Shown here: piece by piece, positions 45,480 through 55,686 of the stretch
Layout of the letters: every line of letters starts with the position of its first letter
Numbering within the stretch: the first letter of the stretch is position 1
Source: a virus
Lineage: Duplodnaviria > Caudoviricetes
Length of the DNA: 64,000 nt
Strand: one strand, 5' to 3'
Virus record (IMG/VR): IMGVR_UViG_3300020577_014021
Translations under genes and position numbers: made by a program
Notes under the pieces: model-generated
Told to the model about the DNA's origin: nothing
The model's database searches: none
What the model saw: the letters and a program-made list of their open reading frames with translations, nothing else

Positions 45480-46349
45480 ATGAGCTACAAATTTAAAAAC
45501 TATTTATCTGTTTATGAGCTTTCTACTGAAGAAATTATCAAAATTAATCGTCTTATAGAATCAGTAAAGGCTAATTATTTACAAAATAAACGAAAAAGCT
45601 GGTATCGTCATATTTTTGATAATCCAATTAGCTTTTATGAAATTAAAAAACTATTCCATATCGCAGAACAGTTAGAATTTGTTGAAACAAAGTGTTACTA
45701 TGATAGAGAAAAGAATAAAAATAATTGGACTTGTAGGTATTTACAAAGCCTTCCAGGAGAGTGCTTGGATAAAATTAAAATTTATAGCCCTCTTCCTATT
45801 TCAAAATCTAAGAAGAATTTAAAAATTGATTTGGTTAAAAATGAAATTCAGCTTAATCCAACCATTCATTTGAAGCAAATAGCTAAAAATTTGAATATTT
45901 GTTATGCTTCTATTAAACAATATTACAAAATCATCAAGCAGAATGATGCAAATTTAATTCAATTCAGAAAAGAAAACCAACAAGATAAGTTAACTATTGT
46001 GAAAAAAAACTTAGCTATTTCAAAAAAAGAGAATGAAGAAATGGCAAAAGAGCTAAGTTTTTACAAACAAATGTATCATCAATACATGTGGTTTCAAAAA
46101 GAATCAGGTGTTACTTATGATCCTGGTAACAATAATTGGATTAAAGAAATTAAAAACTTGATTTATATTGGAAGAAACCATAAAACTTTTGTTGAAGAAT
46201 TGATTACACAAAGAGATCATTATAAAAGCTTATGCAGCAAAAAATTACCTTTGCCAACTTCTTATGAGGATACCAATGACGAAAACCTTACTCATGCTCA
46301 AGCAATGGGCTATATGTTTGAAAAATATTATTACCACGATGGATCTTAA
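45480..46349 (+). CDS. Hypothetical HTH/coiled-coil protein
   Basis: IHLKQIAKNLNICYASIKQYY HTH; first gene of the rightward arm. Confidence 0.65.
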   Translation: MSYKFKNYLSVYELSTEEIIKINRLIESVKANYLQNKRKSWYRHIFDNPISFYEIKKLFHIAEQLEFVETKCYYDREKNKNNWTCRYLQSLPGECLDKIKIYSPLPISKSKKNLKIDLVKNEIQLNPTIHLKQIAKNLNICYASIKQYYKIIKQNDANLIQFRKENQQDKLTIVKKNLAISKKENEEMAKELSFYKQMYHQYMWFQKESGVTYDPGNNNWIKEIKNLIYIGRNHKTFVEELITQRDHYKSLCSKKLPLPTSYEDTNDENLTHAQAMGYMFEKYYYHDGS

Positions 46350-46536
46350 TCTTAAAAATAAGATTAAAAAGACTCTTGAACGTGATTTGAAAAATATTCA
46401 AAATGATTTGGAATGGTGGCAAAAAAAATCACGTTTAAATTATACGCCAGAAACAATTAGTAAAATTTATAGCCTTTTAAAAGAAAAACAGGCATTGCTT
46501 TTGGAGTTAAAAAATTGCTATGGACATAAAAATTGA
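46339..46536 (+). CDS. Hypothetical coiled-coil protein
   Basis: Track ORF 46264..46536; probable start MDLNLK at 46339. Confidence 0.55.
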   Translation: MDLNLKNKIKKTLERDLKNIQNDLEWWQKKSRLNYTPETISKIYSLLKEKQALLLELKNCYGHKN

Positions 46537-46984
46537 TACTTTAATTCCTGGATCAAGGTTTTTCTTTTGGAGAGAAGCTTTATACCTTCCAAGATTAAAT
46601 GATTATCACAACCCAACCGATCTTGAAGCAGAAAATATTAAAAATTTAGCCATTAAGTTAGATCAAGTTCGTGCATTCATGGGACTACCTTTTAAAATAA
46701 ATGTATGGATAAGACCCACAAATTTTACCTCAAAAAAATATCCTAACAAGATAGACTATAATGCTTTAGTTGGTGGAGCAAAAGGAAGTGCTCATATTGT
46801 GGGCTCTGCGGTTGATGGGTCATTTTTTGGTATGGACGTTGATTCAGCTATTGAAAAAATTATACCTAAATTATCTGAATTAAAATTGTCTATGGAACAA
46901 AATGGAACCAAATTTAATCGTCCCTGGGTACATTTCCAAGACAAACCTATGAATGATGGTAAATATAGAGTCTTTCTCCCATGA
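46520..46984 (+). CDS. Peptidase M15-family cell-wall hydrolase (endolysin-like)
   Basis: WIRP, YNALVGGAKGSAHIVGSAVD, WVH zinc ligands. Confidence 0.85.
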   Translation: MDIKIDTLIPGSRFFFWREALYLPRLNDYHNPTDLEAENIKNLAIKLDQVRAFMGLPFKINVWIRPTNFTSKKYPNKIDYNALVGGAKGSAHIVGSAVDGSFFGMDVDSAIEKIIPKLSELKLSMEQNGTKFNRPWVHFQDKPMNDGKYRVFLP

Positions 46985-47166
46985 ATTATGAAAATATAGA
47001 CCTTTGTGACATGCAAGAAGTTTTTAAAAATTTCAATAATTTTATAAAAACAAAAGTATTATTCAAGAATAAAATTGACAAGCCATTTCTTTTATGTGAT
47101 AAGAACCAAAATGTTTGTGAATTTCTTAAGCTTTGTGAAGAACAAATATCAGACATTACTGAATAA
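46981..47166 (+). CDS. Hypothetical protein
   Basis: ATGA-coupled 61-aa ORF; overlaps next ORF. Confidence 0.4.
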   Translation: MNYENIDLCDMQEVFKNFNNFIKTKVLFKNKIDKPFLLCDKNQNVCEFLKLCEEQISDITE

Positions 47167-47476
47167 ATTTAAGTCAAAAAAAACAAATAAAATTAAATCA
47201 TTATTACATGAAAATGAGATTTTAAAGAATTTCATTTTAAACTCTATCCCTATTATTACTCAAACTTTTAATCATATTAATCAAGAATTAAATAAAAATG
47301 CTGAATTAAATAAAGATATTTGTAAAATGTTTAATCAAATTGATATAAGATTGGTTAATTATCAAGAAATAATAAATCAACATGCTGAAATAATTAATGA
47401 GCTTTTGATGAAACGTGATAATGATATATCCAACATTTACCCAACATTTTCTAAAAATGTGAATAATAAAAATTAG
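47075..47476 (+). CDS. Hypothetical coiled-coil protein
   Basis: ORF; start uncertain (ATG 47111 plausible). Confidence 0.55.
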   Translation: MTSHFFYVIRTKMFVNFLSFVKNKYQTLLNKFKSKKTNKIKSLLHENEILKNFILNSIPIITQTFNHINQELNKNAELNKDICKMFNQIDIRLVNYQEIINQHAEIINELLMKRDNDISNIYPTFSKNVNNKN

Positions 47477-47502
47477 AATATATAAACTACAATTGGTGAA
47501 AT

Positions 47503-48222
47503 ATGAGAAAGAAAAAAATGAATACAGATAGCCCTGTTGTCCCCCAAAATGTTCCAAATTTGGAAAAACATATACCTGAATTTTTAGGAGAAAATGACGA
47601 AAGATTAGATCTTATTTACAAGATGATTATTAATCAACAAATGTTGTATCATCTTGCGTCTTTGGATTGGGTTGAAATTTTAAATGACATAAAAACTAAT
47701 AAACATTTTAGTTTAACAACTAATTTCGTAAGTGAAATAAGCAAGGAACTCAAAGAATTTTTTATTCATAAATTAAATTCAATGCTTGAGAAGCAATTTA
47801 GTTCAAAAAAAGAATTCTCAGATGAAGATAATAAAATTCTACATATATTGATTAATCAAATTAAAAACAAGAAACCAGAAGAAACTTCTGTTAAACAAGA
47901 AACAATTGTTTCTGCTCCAATTGCTATAGACAATCCTGTAGTTCAAGGTAAAGTAGAACCACAGAAAATAGTAACTGAAGCGACAAATTCAGGTGATTTA
48001 AAAAAAGCTTTAGAAGAAAACAAAGAACGTCGTAGAATGACCATTTCCAATAATCCACATCGAAAACCTCCAGCGTCACCACATGAAAATCAAATTAGGG
48101 CTATAGCTGAATCACAAGCCATTGCAAGTATAGCAGGACAACGAGGAATTGGTGGTTTGCAAGTAACTCCCGCTATGAGCGAAGGTGATTCAGCTGTTGA
48201 TTACAGTGGCGCTGGATATTAA
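47503..48222 (+). CDS. Hypothetical protein
   Basis: 239-aa ORF. Confidence 0.7.
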   Translation: MRKKKMNTDSPVVPQNVPNLEKHIPEFLGENDERLDLIYKMIINQQMLYHLASLDWVEILNDIKTNKHFSLTTNFVSEISKELKEFFIHKLNSMLEKQFSSKKEFSDEDNKILHILINQIKNKKPEETSVKQETIVSAPIAIDNPVVQGKVEPQKIVTEATNSGDLKKALEENKERRRMTISNNPHRKPPASPHENQIRAIAESQAIASIAGQRGIGGLQVTPAMSEGDSAVDYSGAGY

Positions 48223-48231
48223 AGGTGAAAT

Positions 48232-48780
48232 ATGGAAAAAATTGATATAATTGATACAGAAAACACTCCACAATTAATGACCCATGATGGTAAATTAATT
48301 AATCTTGAATTGAAACAAACCAAATATGCAGAAAGCAGACTGCATGATATTCAAACTGCAAACCCTGGTAATTTGCAAGAATTAGCCACAGTTTTTTTGG
48401 CTGGATGTCATGAAATTAACAGAGCATTAAGTTTTATTAGTAATCAACTTTCTTTAGCCAAACACAAAAAAGATATTATATATTCACAAATTTTAATTCA
48501 AAAAGTCCCATTTCTTTTAGAACAAACCAAACAACGTTCTTCAGAAGATGTGCGTACAGCTTTGATTGAAATGGATACAGAATATCAATCTATTAAACAA
48601 CTATCTGCTTTGCTAGAAAATGCATTTAATAGTTTAAAAGATAAAAGAAAAGTGGTGGAAATGGCTTATTTTTCTTGTCAAAAAATTGCAGAATTTAAAG
48701 CCATTTATCAACCAACTGGATCTCATACTTATTCAAATCACGACGCTATTCAAGCAGGAAGTGAAGCATCATGGGCTTAA
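48232..48780 (+). CDS. Putative UvsY-like recombination mediator
   Basis: Helical, RSSEDVRTALIEMDTEY; directly upstream of the RecA-like gene. Confidence 0.5.
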   Translation: MEKIDIIDTENTPQLMTHDGKLINLELKQTKYAESRLHDIQTANPGNLQELATVFLAGCHEINRALSFISNQLSLAKHKKDIIYSQILIQKVPFLLEQTKQRSSEDVRTALIEMDTEYQSIKQLSALLENAFNSLKDKRKVVEMAYFSCQKIAEFKAIYQPTGSHTYSNHDAIQAGSEASWA

Positions 48781-49808
48781 AAGATAATTTTGGCGCATTA
48801 ACAAAAATCAAAGGGGCCATTGTGGAAAAAAATAACCCTTTTAATGATATTGTGACTAGCCATAGCCCAAGTCTTAATTGGATTTTTGGAAATACACACG
48901 GTATTCCTTGTGGTTATACAGCTGCTTTTTGGGGACCGCCAAAAGGGGGTAAAACTTTAATTATTAATGATTTTATCAGTAAATTACATCATGATGATCT
49001 TGAGGCAATGGTTATTCGTTTTGATACAGAACAACGCGCCGAATTACAAAGAAACATGTATAGTATCGACGAAGACCGGTTGTTAACTATCCAAACTAAT
49101 AATCCGGCTGATGTTTTTGATACGATCGAAAAAAATATTGTAGCAGAAATTCAAAATAAAAAGAAAATCAAAATAGTAGTTATTGATTCCCTAAATGCTA
49201 TCCGCGGACGTCGTTCTTTTAATGCAGAAAGCATCGAAAATTTAACCATTGGTGATTTAGCTTTGACTTTACAAGAAGGTTTTCAAAGAATTTTGCCAGT
49301 AATTCGTTATAACAAAATAGCTTTGCTTTGTACTGTACAAGCTAGAGATAATATGGATCAAGTACAACAAAGAATGGGCAAAACAACAAAACCAGGTATT
49401 TCTAAAGGTGTTTATCATTTATGTGAATATATTGTCAAAGTTGAAGAGCGTCAAAATAAAGATAGCCAAATTACTGATGAAGACAAAAAAGATATGGGTG
49501 GCAAAGAAGCAATCATTGGTCATAAAATAAAAGCAGTCATGGAGCATTCTTCGTGCTCTCCCAAAGGCCGTACTGCAGAATTTACCATTGAATACAAAAA
49601 AGGTATCATAAGAATTGGTGAAGAAATAGCTATCCTGGGAATTAATCAAGGTATATTTAATAAACCAAACAATCGTACCTATGAATTTGGGGAGCATGTT
49701 TTTCATAGTCGAGATGCTTTAATAGAAAATTTGGAAAATAATCTTGACATAAGGAATGCAGTAATAGATGTATTAAAACAAAGAGATTTGTCGGTAATTC
49801 GTTTATAA
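48771..49808 (+). CDS. RecA/UvsX-like recombinase
   Basis: SLNWIFG..GIPCG, Walker A GPPKGGKT, FDTE, VVIDSL. Confidence 0.9.
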   Translation: MGLKDNFGALTKIKGAIVEKNNPFNDIVTSHSPSLNWIFGNTHGIPCGYTAAFWGPPKGGKTLIINDFISKLHHDDLEAMVIRFDTEQRAELQRNMYSIDEDRLLTIQTNNPADVFDTIEKNIVAEIQNKKKIKIVVIDSLNAIRGRRSFNAESIENLTIGDLALTLQEGFQRILPVIRYNKIALLCTVQARDNMDQVQQRMGKTTKPGISKGVYHLCEYIVKVEERQNKDSQITDEDKKDMGGKEAIIGHKIKAVMEHSSCSPKGRTAEFTIEYKKGIIRIGEEIAILGINQGIFNKPNNRTYEFGEHVFHSRDALIENLENNLDIRNAVIDVLKQRDLSVIRL

Positions 49809-49820
49809 CAAGGATCTATT

Positions 49821-50135
49821 ATGAGTGATAAACAATGTTCTATGTCATGTATTGTAATGCCAAGCAAAAACAATAAAACACATCAAATAGCAGCATGTGT
49901 TTTAAGTGAAGAAAATAAAAAAGCTAACGCAAAACAAATGCGTGAAGCCGCTTTGAATTCTTTGAAGCAAAATGGTTTGCACACTAAAGATGTTTTTATG
50001 ATCATTGAAAAAAATAATGATAAAGAAAAAATTATAAATTTAAATACTCCTACAGATAATCAAGTACTCTCAGCTGGGTTAACTTCTCCAAATAAGAGAA
50101 TTTCTGCAATTTGGATGTACGCTCAAAAAAAATAA
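49821..50135 (+). CDS. Hypothetical protein
   Basis: AAGGA RBS. Confidence 0.65.
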   Translation: MSDKQCSMSCIVMPSKNNKTHQIAACVLSEENKKANAKQMREAALNSLKQNGLHTKDVFMIIEKNNDKEKIINLNTPTDNQVLSAGLTSPNKRISAIWMYAQKK

Positions 50136-50638
50136 TTAAGTTATTTATGAAAAAAAATAAAAAACAACAACTTAAACAACGTGTCGATGAATATATAAAA
50201 AATGTTTTAACAGATGATGAAGACTGGGATTACTATTTTATTTTAAAGATTTTAACATACAAACTCAAAAGAACAAGGGAGTGTATTGTTAAAAACAATT
50301 TAATTGAAGATGCTGAAAAAATCAGTAATCAAATTTTGCAAGCAGAACAGTTGTTTACAAATGTAATGGAAGATAAATATGATGAAAAATACATTACTGA
50401 ATTTAATAATAAATATGGTAAATGTATTTTTAAAAAAATACCTTCGAAATGCAATAAAACTGGAAAAATACTTTCTTATGAAATAAAAATCACTCATGAA
50501 CATGAAACTCCAAAAAATTCTAATAAAATACATAAAGAATCTTTGAGAAATTATGAGAAAGCTCAAAAAGAAAAATCAAATGACTTGAAAAAAGCTTTTG
50601 ATATTATGCATAAACATATGTTTGAATGGTGGGATTAA
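50111..50638 (+). CDS. Hypothetical phage protein
   Basis: DEDWDYYFILKIL...MFEWWD. Confidence 0.7.
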   Translation: MDVRSKKIIKLFMKKNKKQQLKQRVDEYIKNVLTDDEDWDYYFILKILTYKLKRTRECIVKNNLIEDAEKISNQILQAEQLFTNVMEDKYDEKYITEFNNKYGKCIFKKIPSKCNKTGKILSYEIKITHEHETPKNSNKIHKESLRNYEKAQKEKSNDLKKAFDIMHKHMFEWWD

Positions 50639-50644
50639 CTATGT

Positions 50645-51595
50645 ATGACAATTGCAAAACATGAAAAAATTATTCAAATTTTAGATGAAAATAATATAGA
50701 CTACAAAGAACGCATAAATTCAATAACATTAAAATGCCCAGTTTGCTTTAAGTATAAATTAGATATACATAAAGAACAGGGTTATTTTATTTGTTATCAT
50801 TGCGCTTCTCAAAATAATGTCAAAGGAAAAAATGCTGCTTATATATTAGCAAAAATTTTAGATAAACCATATCATGAATTGAATTTTAAACTTAATTTTT
50901 TTGATGTTAATGATATTGACAATAATTTCGATCAGCCAAAAACAAAAGTAGTTGCTAAAAAAATAGAAAATACTCAAGTAATACAATGGCCACAACATTT
51001 TTTTAGAATTAATTTAGATATCTCCAAACCAGGGGTTGAGTATTTGAATAAACGTGGTATTGATTTGGCTACAGCTAAGAAACATGAGATACGGTATAAT
51101 GCTAAAGATTATCAAGTTGTATTTCCTGTTTTTTCAAATAATGATTTAGTTGGATATCAGGGGCGTTCTATTTTACCAGAAGTTCCAAAGCAATTTACTA
51201 AATTTACTATGCCAGGATTTCAAAAGGCTAATTTTTTAATGTTTGAAAAAACAATTAATCAAGATCATGCAATTATGGCTGAAGGACCAATATCAGCCTT
51301 AAAATTTGAAAAAACAAATGTTCCATTTGTAGCAACTATGGGAAAATATGTAAGCGTTAATCAATTAAAAGTTTTATCTGAAAAAAAAGTGAAAAAAATA
51401 TATTTAGCTCTTGACAGAGATGCCTATGAAGAAACAATTAATATTATTAAAAAATACAATTACTTATTTGAATTTTTTAAAATAGATGTCCCAGAACACA
51501 GAGATGATTTTGGTGATTGTACTTTTGATGAATGTATTGAAGCATTTAAAAATTCATATGCAGCATATGCACATAATTTATTTCCAAGTTTTTAA
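50645..51595 (+). CDS. DNA primase
   Basis: CPVC..CYHC zinc finger, EYLNKRGI, VGYQGR, TOPRIM AEGPIS and LALDRD. Confidence 0.9.
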   Translation: MTIAKHEKIIQILDENNIDYKERINSITLKCPVCFKYKLDIHKEQGYFICYHCASQNNVKGKNAAYILAKILDKPYHELNFKLNFFDVNDIDNNFDQPKTKVVAKKIENTQVIQWPQHFFRINLDISKPGVEYLNKRGIDLATAKKHEIRYNAKDYQVVFPVFSNNDLVGYQGRSILPEVPKQFTKFTMPGFQKANFLMFEKTINQDHAIMAEGPISALKFEKTNVPFVATMGKYVSVNQLKVLSEKKVKKIYLALDRDAYEETINIIKKYNYLFEFFKIDVPEHRDDFGDCTFDECIEAFKNSYAAYAHNLFPSF

Positions 51596-51597
51596 AT

Positions 51598-53028
51598 ATG
51601 ACCACTCAGAAGTATTTAAGTATTAATGAAAATGCTCAAGCAGCAGTTATTGGCTGGATTCTTAAGAATAAAGAATTTGCTTACAATTGCAAAATGCATT
51701 TGAATTCAGAAATGTTCATTGAACCTTTTCATCAAGAAATTTTCAAAAAAACAACTTCTTTTTTAAATGAATACAAAATGTCTCCTTCATTGGAGAACTT
51801 AATCAATCTTTTTTATGCTAATAAAGACTATAATATATATAAACAAAAAATTTATGAATGTGAAGCACAAACGAAATGTTTTCCTTTAGATTACTTATCT
51901 AAAGAAATCAGTGCTTGGATTAAATTAACAATATACAAAAAAAATTTACACAAAGCAATTGCAGCTTACCAGAATAACCAAGAAGATCTATTAAAAACCA
52001 TTTTTAATGATACATTAACTAAAATTGTTGATGTAAAATTTAATGGCTCTGTTGAATATCAATTTGGTAATCCCGTACAAGACATGGAAGCCAATGCTAA
52101 ATCCAAGGAAAATGCGGTGACCACAGGTTTAACAGAACTTGATAGTTTACTGGGTGGTGGCTTGTTTCGTGGAGAGCACACTGTTATTATTGCTCCTTCC
52201 AATACAGGTAAAACAACTTTATGTATTAATTTTTTATTTCACAACATCATGCTTAATAAGCATTGTTTATTTCTGACACATGAAATGACAGCTAGCTCTA
52301 TTGTAGATAAAATTCGTCAAAGAATGCTTTATAAAACTTATCCAGAATTCATGGATATACTTAAAAACCTTAATGGCAATGATCAAGAACTATTAAATAT
52401 TGCAGAAAAACGATTAACTAAGTATTTAACATATATACCATATTGCAAAGCAGGTGGTATGTACGTGGAAGATGTAGTAGATATTATTCGCCAAAAAAAT
52501 ATTGAGCTTTATAACCGCGAAGGTAAATATTACGATTTGATGGTAGATGATTATCCTGGTAAATTAACTGCACAAAGCATGAAGCAATACAAAGATATTC
52601 GACATGGTATGCGTTTTGTGTATGAACAATTTCATCAATTAGCCCTCGAATTCAATAGTCATGCAATTTCTCCAGTACAGACAAATAGAGAAGGGTATAA
52701 GAAAAATAAGTACCGTGAAAATAATGAAACAGAAAATTTATTAGGAGCTGAAGACATTAGTGAAGCTTTTGCTATTGCCCAGGATGCTTCAAATGCCATT
52801 ACTGTTAATAGATCAATTCAAGAACAAGAAAAAGGCGTTATGACCTTGTTTGTTGATAAAACTCGTAGTAGTAATTCAAGGCAAGGATTAGAAATTAAAA
52901 CTGATTTTTCACGTGCAATTACCCACGATCAACGTGTTCAGGATGCTTATATCATAGAGAAAAGTAAAGAACAAAAAAGACTAGAAGATAATAAATTAAA
53001 ATTTTTAATGCCAACAAAATCTAATTAA
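51598..53028 (+). CDS. Replicative DNA helicase (DnaB/gp41-like)
   Basis: TTGLTELDSLLGGGL, APSNTGKT, VDDYP, PVQTNREG, DKTR. Confidence 0.92.
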   Translation: MTTQKYLSINENAQAAVIGWILKNKEFAYNCKMHLNSEMFIEPFHQEIFKKTTSFLNEYKMSPSLENLINLFYANKDYNIYKQKIYECEAQTKCFPLDYLSKEISAWIKLTIYKKNLHKAIAAYQNNQEDLLKTIFNDTLTKIVDVKFNGSVEYQFGNPVQDMEANAKSKENAVTTGLTELDSLLGGGLFRGEHTVIIAPSNTGKTTLCINFLFHNIMLNKHCLFLTHEMTASSIVDKIRQRMLYKTYPEFMDILKNLNGNDQELLNIAEKRLTKYLTYIPYCKAGGMYVEDVVDIIRQKNIELYNREGKYYDLMVDDYPGKLTAQSMKQYKDIRHGMRFVYEQFHQLALEFNSHAISPVQTNREGYKKNKYRENNETENLLGAEDISEAFAIAQDASNAITVNRSIQEQEKGVMTLFVDKTRSSNSRQGLEIKTDFSRAITHDQRVQDAYIIEKSKEQKRLEDNKLKFLMPTKSN

Positions 53029-53055
53029 TACTACATATTTGTTAAAATACAGTGT

Positions 53056-53325
53056 ATGGATATTAAAAAGAAAATCCTTTATGTTACCTTTGGCGCTATA
53101 TGTCTAATTCTTTCAATTTATTTTATTTGGCAACTTTATAACTATAGAAAAACTCTATCTAAAGCTAAAGCATTTCATGTTACTACAACAGAAAAAGTAT
53201 TTGATCTAAAGCTTGAAGAAGAAAGATTGAAACAAGAAAAAAAAGATATTGATAATATTCAAATTGATGATCCTGATAAAGAACAATTGCTAGAATTCTT
53301 AAATACATTTAAAGGTAAAAAATGA
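53056..53325 (+). CDS. Membrane-anchored coiled-coil protein
   Basis: N-terminal TM helix, charged C-terminus. Confidence 0.6.
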   Translation: MDIKKKILYVTFGAICLILSIYFIWQLYNYRKTLSKAKAFHVTTTEKVFDLKLEEERLKQEKKDIDNIQIDDPDKEQLLEFLNTFKGKK

Positions 53326-53747
53326 AATTTGCAGTTTTTATTACTATATTTTTTTATCAATTTAGTTTATTTGCAGAAGAAAGTATCTTTCTAAACAAAG
53401 GTAATATTGCACCTACAGATGGCTTTTTGATTCCTGAAGAAACTGTACACAAATTTTATCAACTCAATTTTGATTATAAAAACCTTGAACAAAAAAATTC
53501 TATTAATGAAAAGTTGTTAATCAATAAAGATACACAAATTGAATTATTAAATAAAGATAATAAAAATCTTTCAACCTCGTTGTATGAAGCAGAAAGAAGA
53601 AATAAAACTATCTTAATTCTCACTATCGCTGGGGTTGCCGTAGGCATGGTATTATTAACATTTGCTGTAGGTTATGCTATAAAAAGTTCTGAAAATATTC
53701 AAATTAAAACAACCCCAAATACCAATATGGCTTTAATTAGGTTTTAA
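53322..53747 (+). CDS. Secreted/membrane coiled-coil protein
   Basis: Signal peptide, LNKGNIAPTDGFL, coiled coil, C-terminal TM. Confidence 0.6.
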   Translation: MKFAVFITIFFYQFSLFAEESIFLNKGNIAPTDGFLIPEETVHKFYQLNFDYKNLEQKNSINEKLLINKDTQIELLNKDNKNLSTSLYEAERRNKTILILTIAGVAVGMVLLTFAVGYAIKSSENIQIKTTPNTNMALIRF

Positions 53748-53748
53748 A

Positions 53749-55206
53749 ATGGACATTGTACAAGATTCAGGGGCTTTGTTAAAGTTTAATAACATCACAG
53801 ATGAAGAAATTTATTATCTTAGTAATAAATTATCATATAAAGATTTATCAAGTGAATATCAGTATTTAAATGCAAAAAATAATCGTTACATGTGGAATAA
53901 AGACCCATATGAATGGGATAAACATGTTAGCGAATTAAAAAAGAAAGTTATACAAAATCTTTTAAAAAGAAAAGACAATGTTTGGTTTACTTATTCAGGT
54001 TTAAAAGAAAAAATTTTTGAAAATCTAAAATTCTCGAATATAAATTATACATATACAAATAATGTAAAATATCCAGAATATGAATCATTTCCTTATGCAC
54101 TTCAGTACGAACCATTGAAATTATATCCTTATCAAGAAGAAGCAGTTAATACCTTATTGGCTAATCCTCATGCCAGTATTGAATTACCAACAGGTTCTGG
54201 CAAACAATTAATCATTGAAACACTCATTAAACGCAGTGGCTTACCTGCTTTAATTGTAGTACCCTCACGTTCCATTGCTTATCAGTTCATAGAAGGATTT
54301 AATTTTGCTTTTGGTAAAAAATATGTAGGGCTTTATGGAGACGGTAAAAAAGAATATAAAAAACGTATTGTTATTGGCATTTCTGATTCAGTGTCTATCG
54401 CCAAACCTGATTCTGAGGCTTATGCTTATTTAAGTAAAAAATCATGTTTGATATTTGATGAATCTCATTTAGTGGGGGCACCAACAGTTGCTTCTATTGC
54501 TAGTGGCATTGGTAACAACATTCCTTATCGTTGGTCTGTCAGTGCAACACAATTAAGAATTGATGGTAAAAATTTACTTTTAGAAGGCATAGTTGGAAAA
54601 ATTGTATATTTAAAAACATTTAGAGAACTAGTTGAATTAAAATCTCTATCTGATTTACATTTTCATATATACAATGTAAATTCTATATATAATTTTGATT
54701 CAACAAACCCTGGTCAAATGATGCGTAAACATCATTTGTTTAACGAAAATATTTTACATATTGCTGCTAAAATTGCCAACATAAAATACGAAAAACAAGA
54801 AAGCACTTTGATTTTAATTGATGAAATTAAACAAGCTGAAATTCTAAAAAATTATTTACAGGTTCCTTTTGAGTTTGCTCAAGCTAGTTCTGATGTAGCT
54901 AAACAAGTCGATAATTTTAATAATAAAAAAACTTTGTTATTAATTGGGACAAAAGTAATTAATACTGGGACGAATACCAAGCCTGTACAAAATCTTATTT
55001 TGCTTATAAGTGGTAAATCTATTATAAAATACAAACAAGCTTTAGGTAGAGGAACTAGAATTTATCCAGGAAAAACTCATTGTAATATCATAGATTTTAA
55101 TATACGTAATATTGATATTTGTGCTAGACACTTTCAAAATCGATTGGCTTTATACCAAGAACTATCACCGCATATTAAATTTCATGATTTAACGCATACT
55201 ATGTAA
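53749..55206 (+). CDS. SF2 DNA helicase (UvsW-like)
   Basis: LYPYQEEAV, LPTGSGK, FDESH, SAT, QALGRGTR. Confidence 0.9.
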   Translation: MDIVQDSGALLKFNNITDEEIYYLSNKLSYKDLSSEYQYLNAKNNRYMWNKDPYEWDKHVSELKKKVIQNLLKRKDNVWFTYSGLKEKIFENLKFSNINYTYTNNVKYPEYESFPYALQYEPLKLYPYQEEAVNTLLANPHASIELPTGSGKQLIIETLIKRSGLPALIVVPSRSIAYQFIEGFNFAFGKKYVGLYGDGKKEYKKRIVIGISDSVSIAKPDSEAYAYLSKKSCLIFDESHLVGAPTVASIASGIGNNIPYRWSVSATQLRIDGKNLLLEGIVGKIVYLKTFRELVELKSLSDLHFHIYNVNSIYNFDSTNPGQMMRKHHLFNENILHIAAKIANIKYEKQESTLILIDEIKQAEILKNYLQVPFEFAQASSDVAKQVDNFNNKKTLLLIGTKVINTGTNTKPVQNLILLISGKSIIKYKQALGRGTRIYPGKTHCNIIDFNIRNIDICARHFQNRLALYQELSPHIKFHDLTHTM

Positions 55207-55244
55207 AGAAACTTGACTTCTTTACATATGATAGGAATGTATTT

Positions 55245-55655
55245 ATGGGCACTGATATTCATACAGTTACACAAATTTTTAATCAAAAAAATCAACAGTG
55301 GGAGACAATGGAAGTAGGATTTTTTGAAAATAGGAATTATGATAATTTTTATTTATTGGGTGGCGTAAGAGCAAATAATCAACTTTACACCCCGATTGCA
55401 CAAGATCGCGGAATTCCTCAAGATTTTGTTTACAAAACTAGTTTCGATGTATATGTTCCTTTTAAAGACAAAGAAATTTACTTCGGATTTCATTCTTTTT
55501 CTTGGTTAACACTTGAAGATTTATTAAATTATGATTATAAACAATGTGGACCCAATGACGTAGAAAGTGAATTATTACCACGTTTAAAAAAAATTGCTGA
55601 AGTATTTGATTTAAAACCAAATATGATTCGTTTTGTGTTTGGTTTTGATAGTTAA
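55245..55655 (+). CDS. Conserved phage hypothetical protein
   Basis: MGTDIH, RNYDNFYLLGGVR, RGIPQD, HSFSWLTLEDL, RFVFGFDS. Confidence 0.8.
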   Translation: MGTDIHTVTQIFNQKNQQWETMEVGFFENRNYDNFYLLGGVRANNQLYTPIAQDRGIPQDFVYKTSFDVYVPFKDKEIYFGFHSFSWLTLEDLLNYDYKQCGPNDVESELLPRLKKIAEVFDLKPNMIRFVFGFDS

Positions 55656-55686
55656 AAAATATTAATCGCTGAAAAAAGGAGATATT

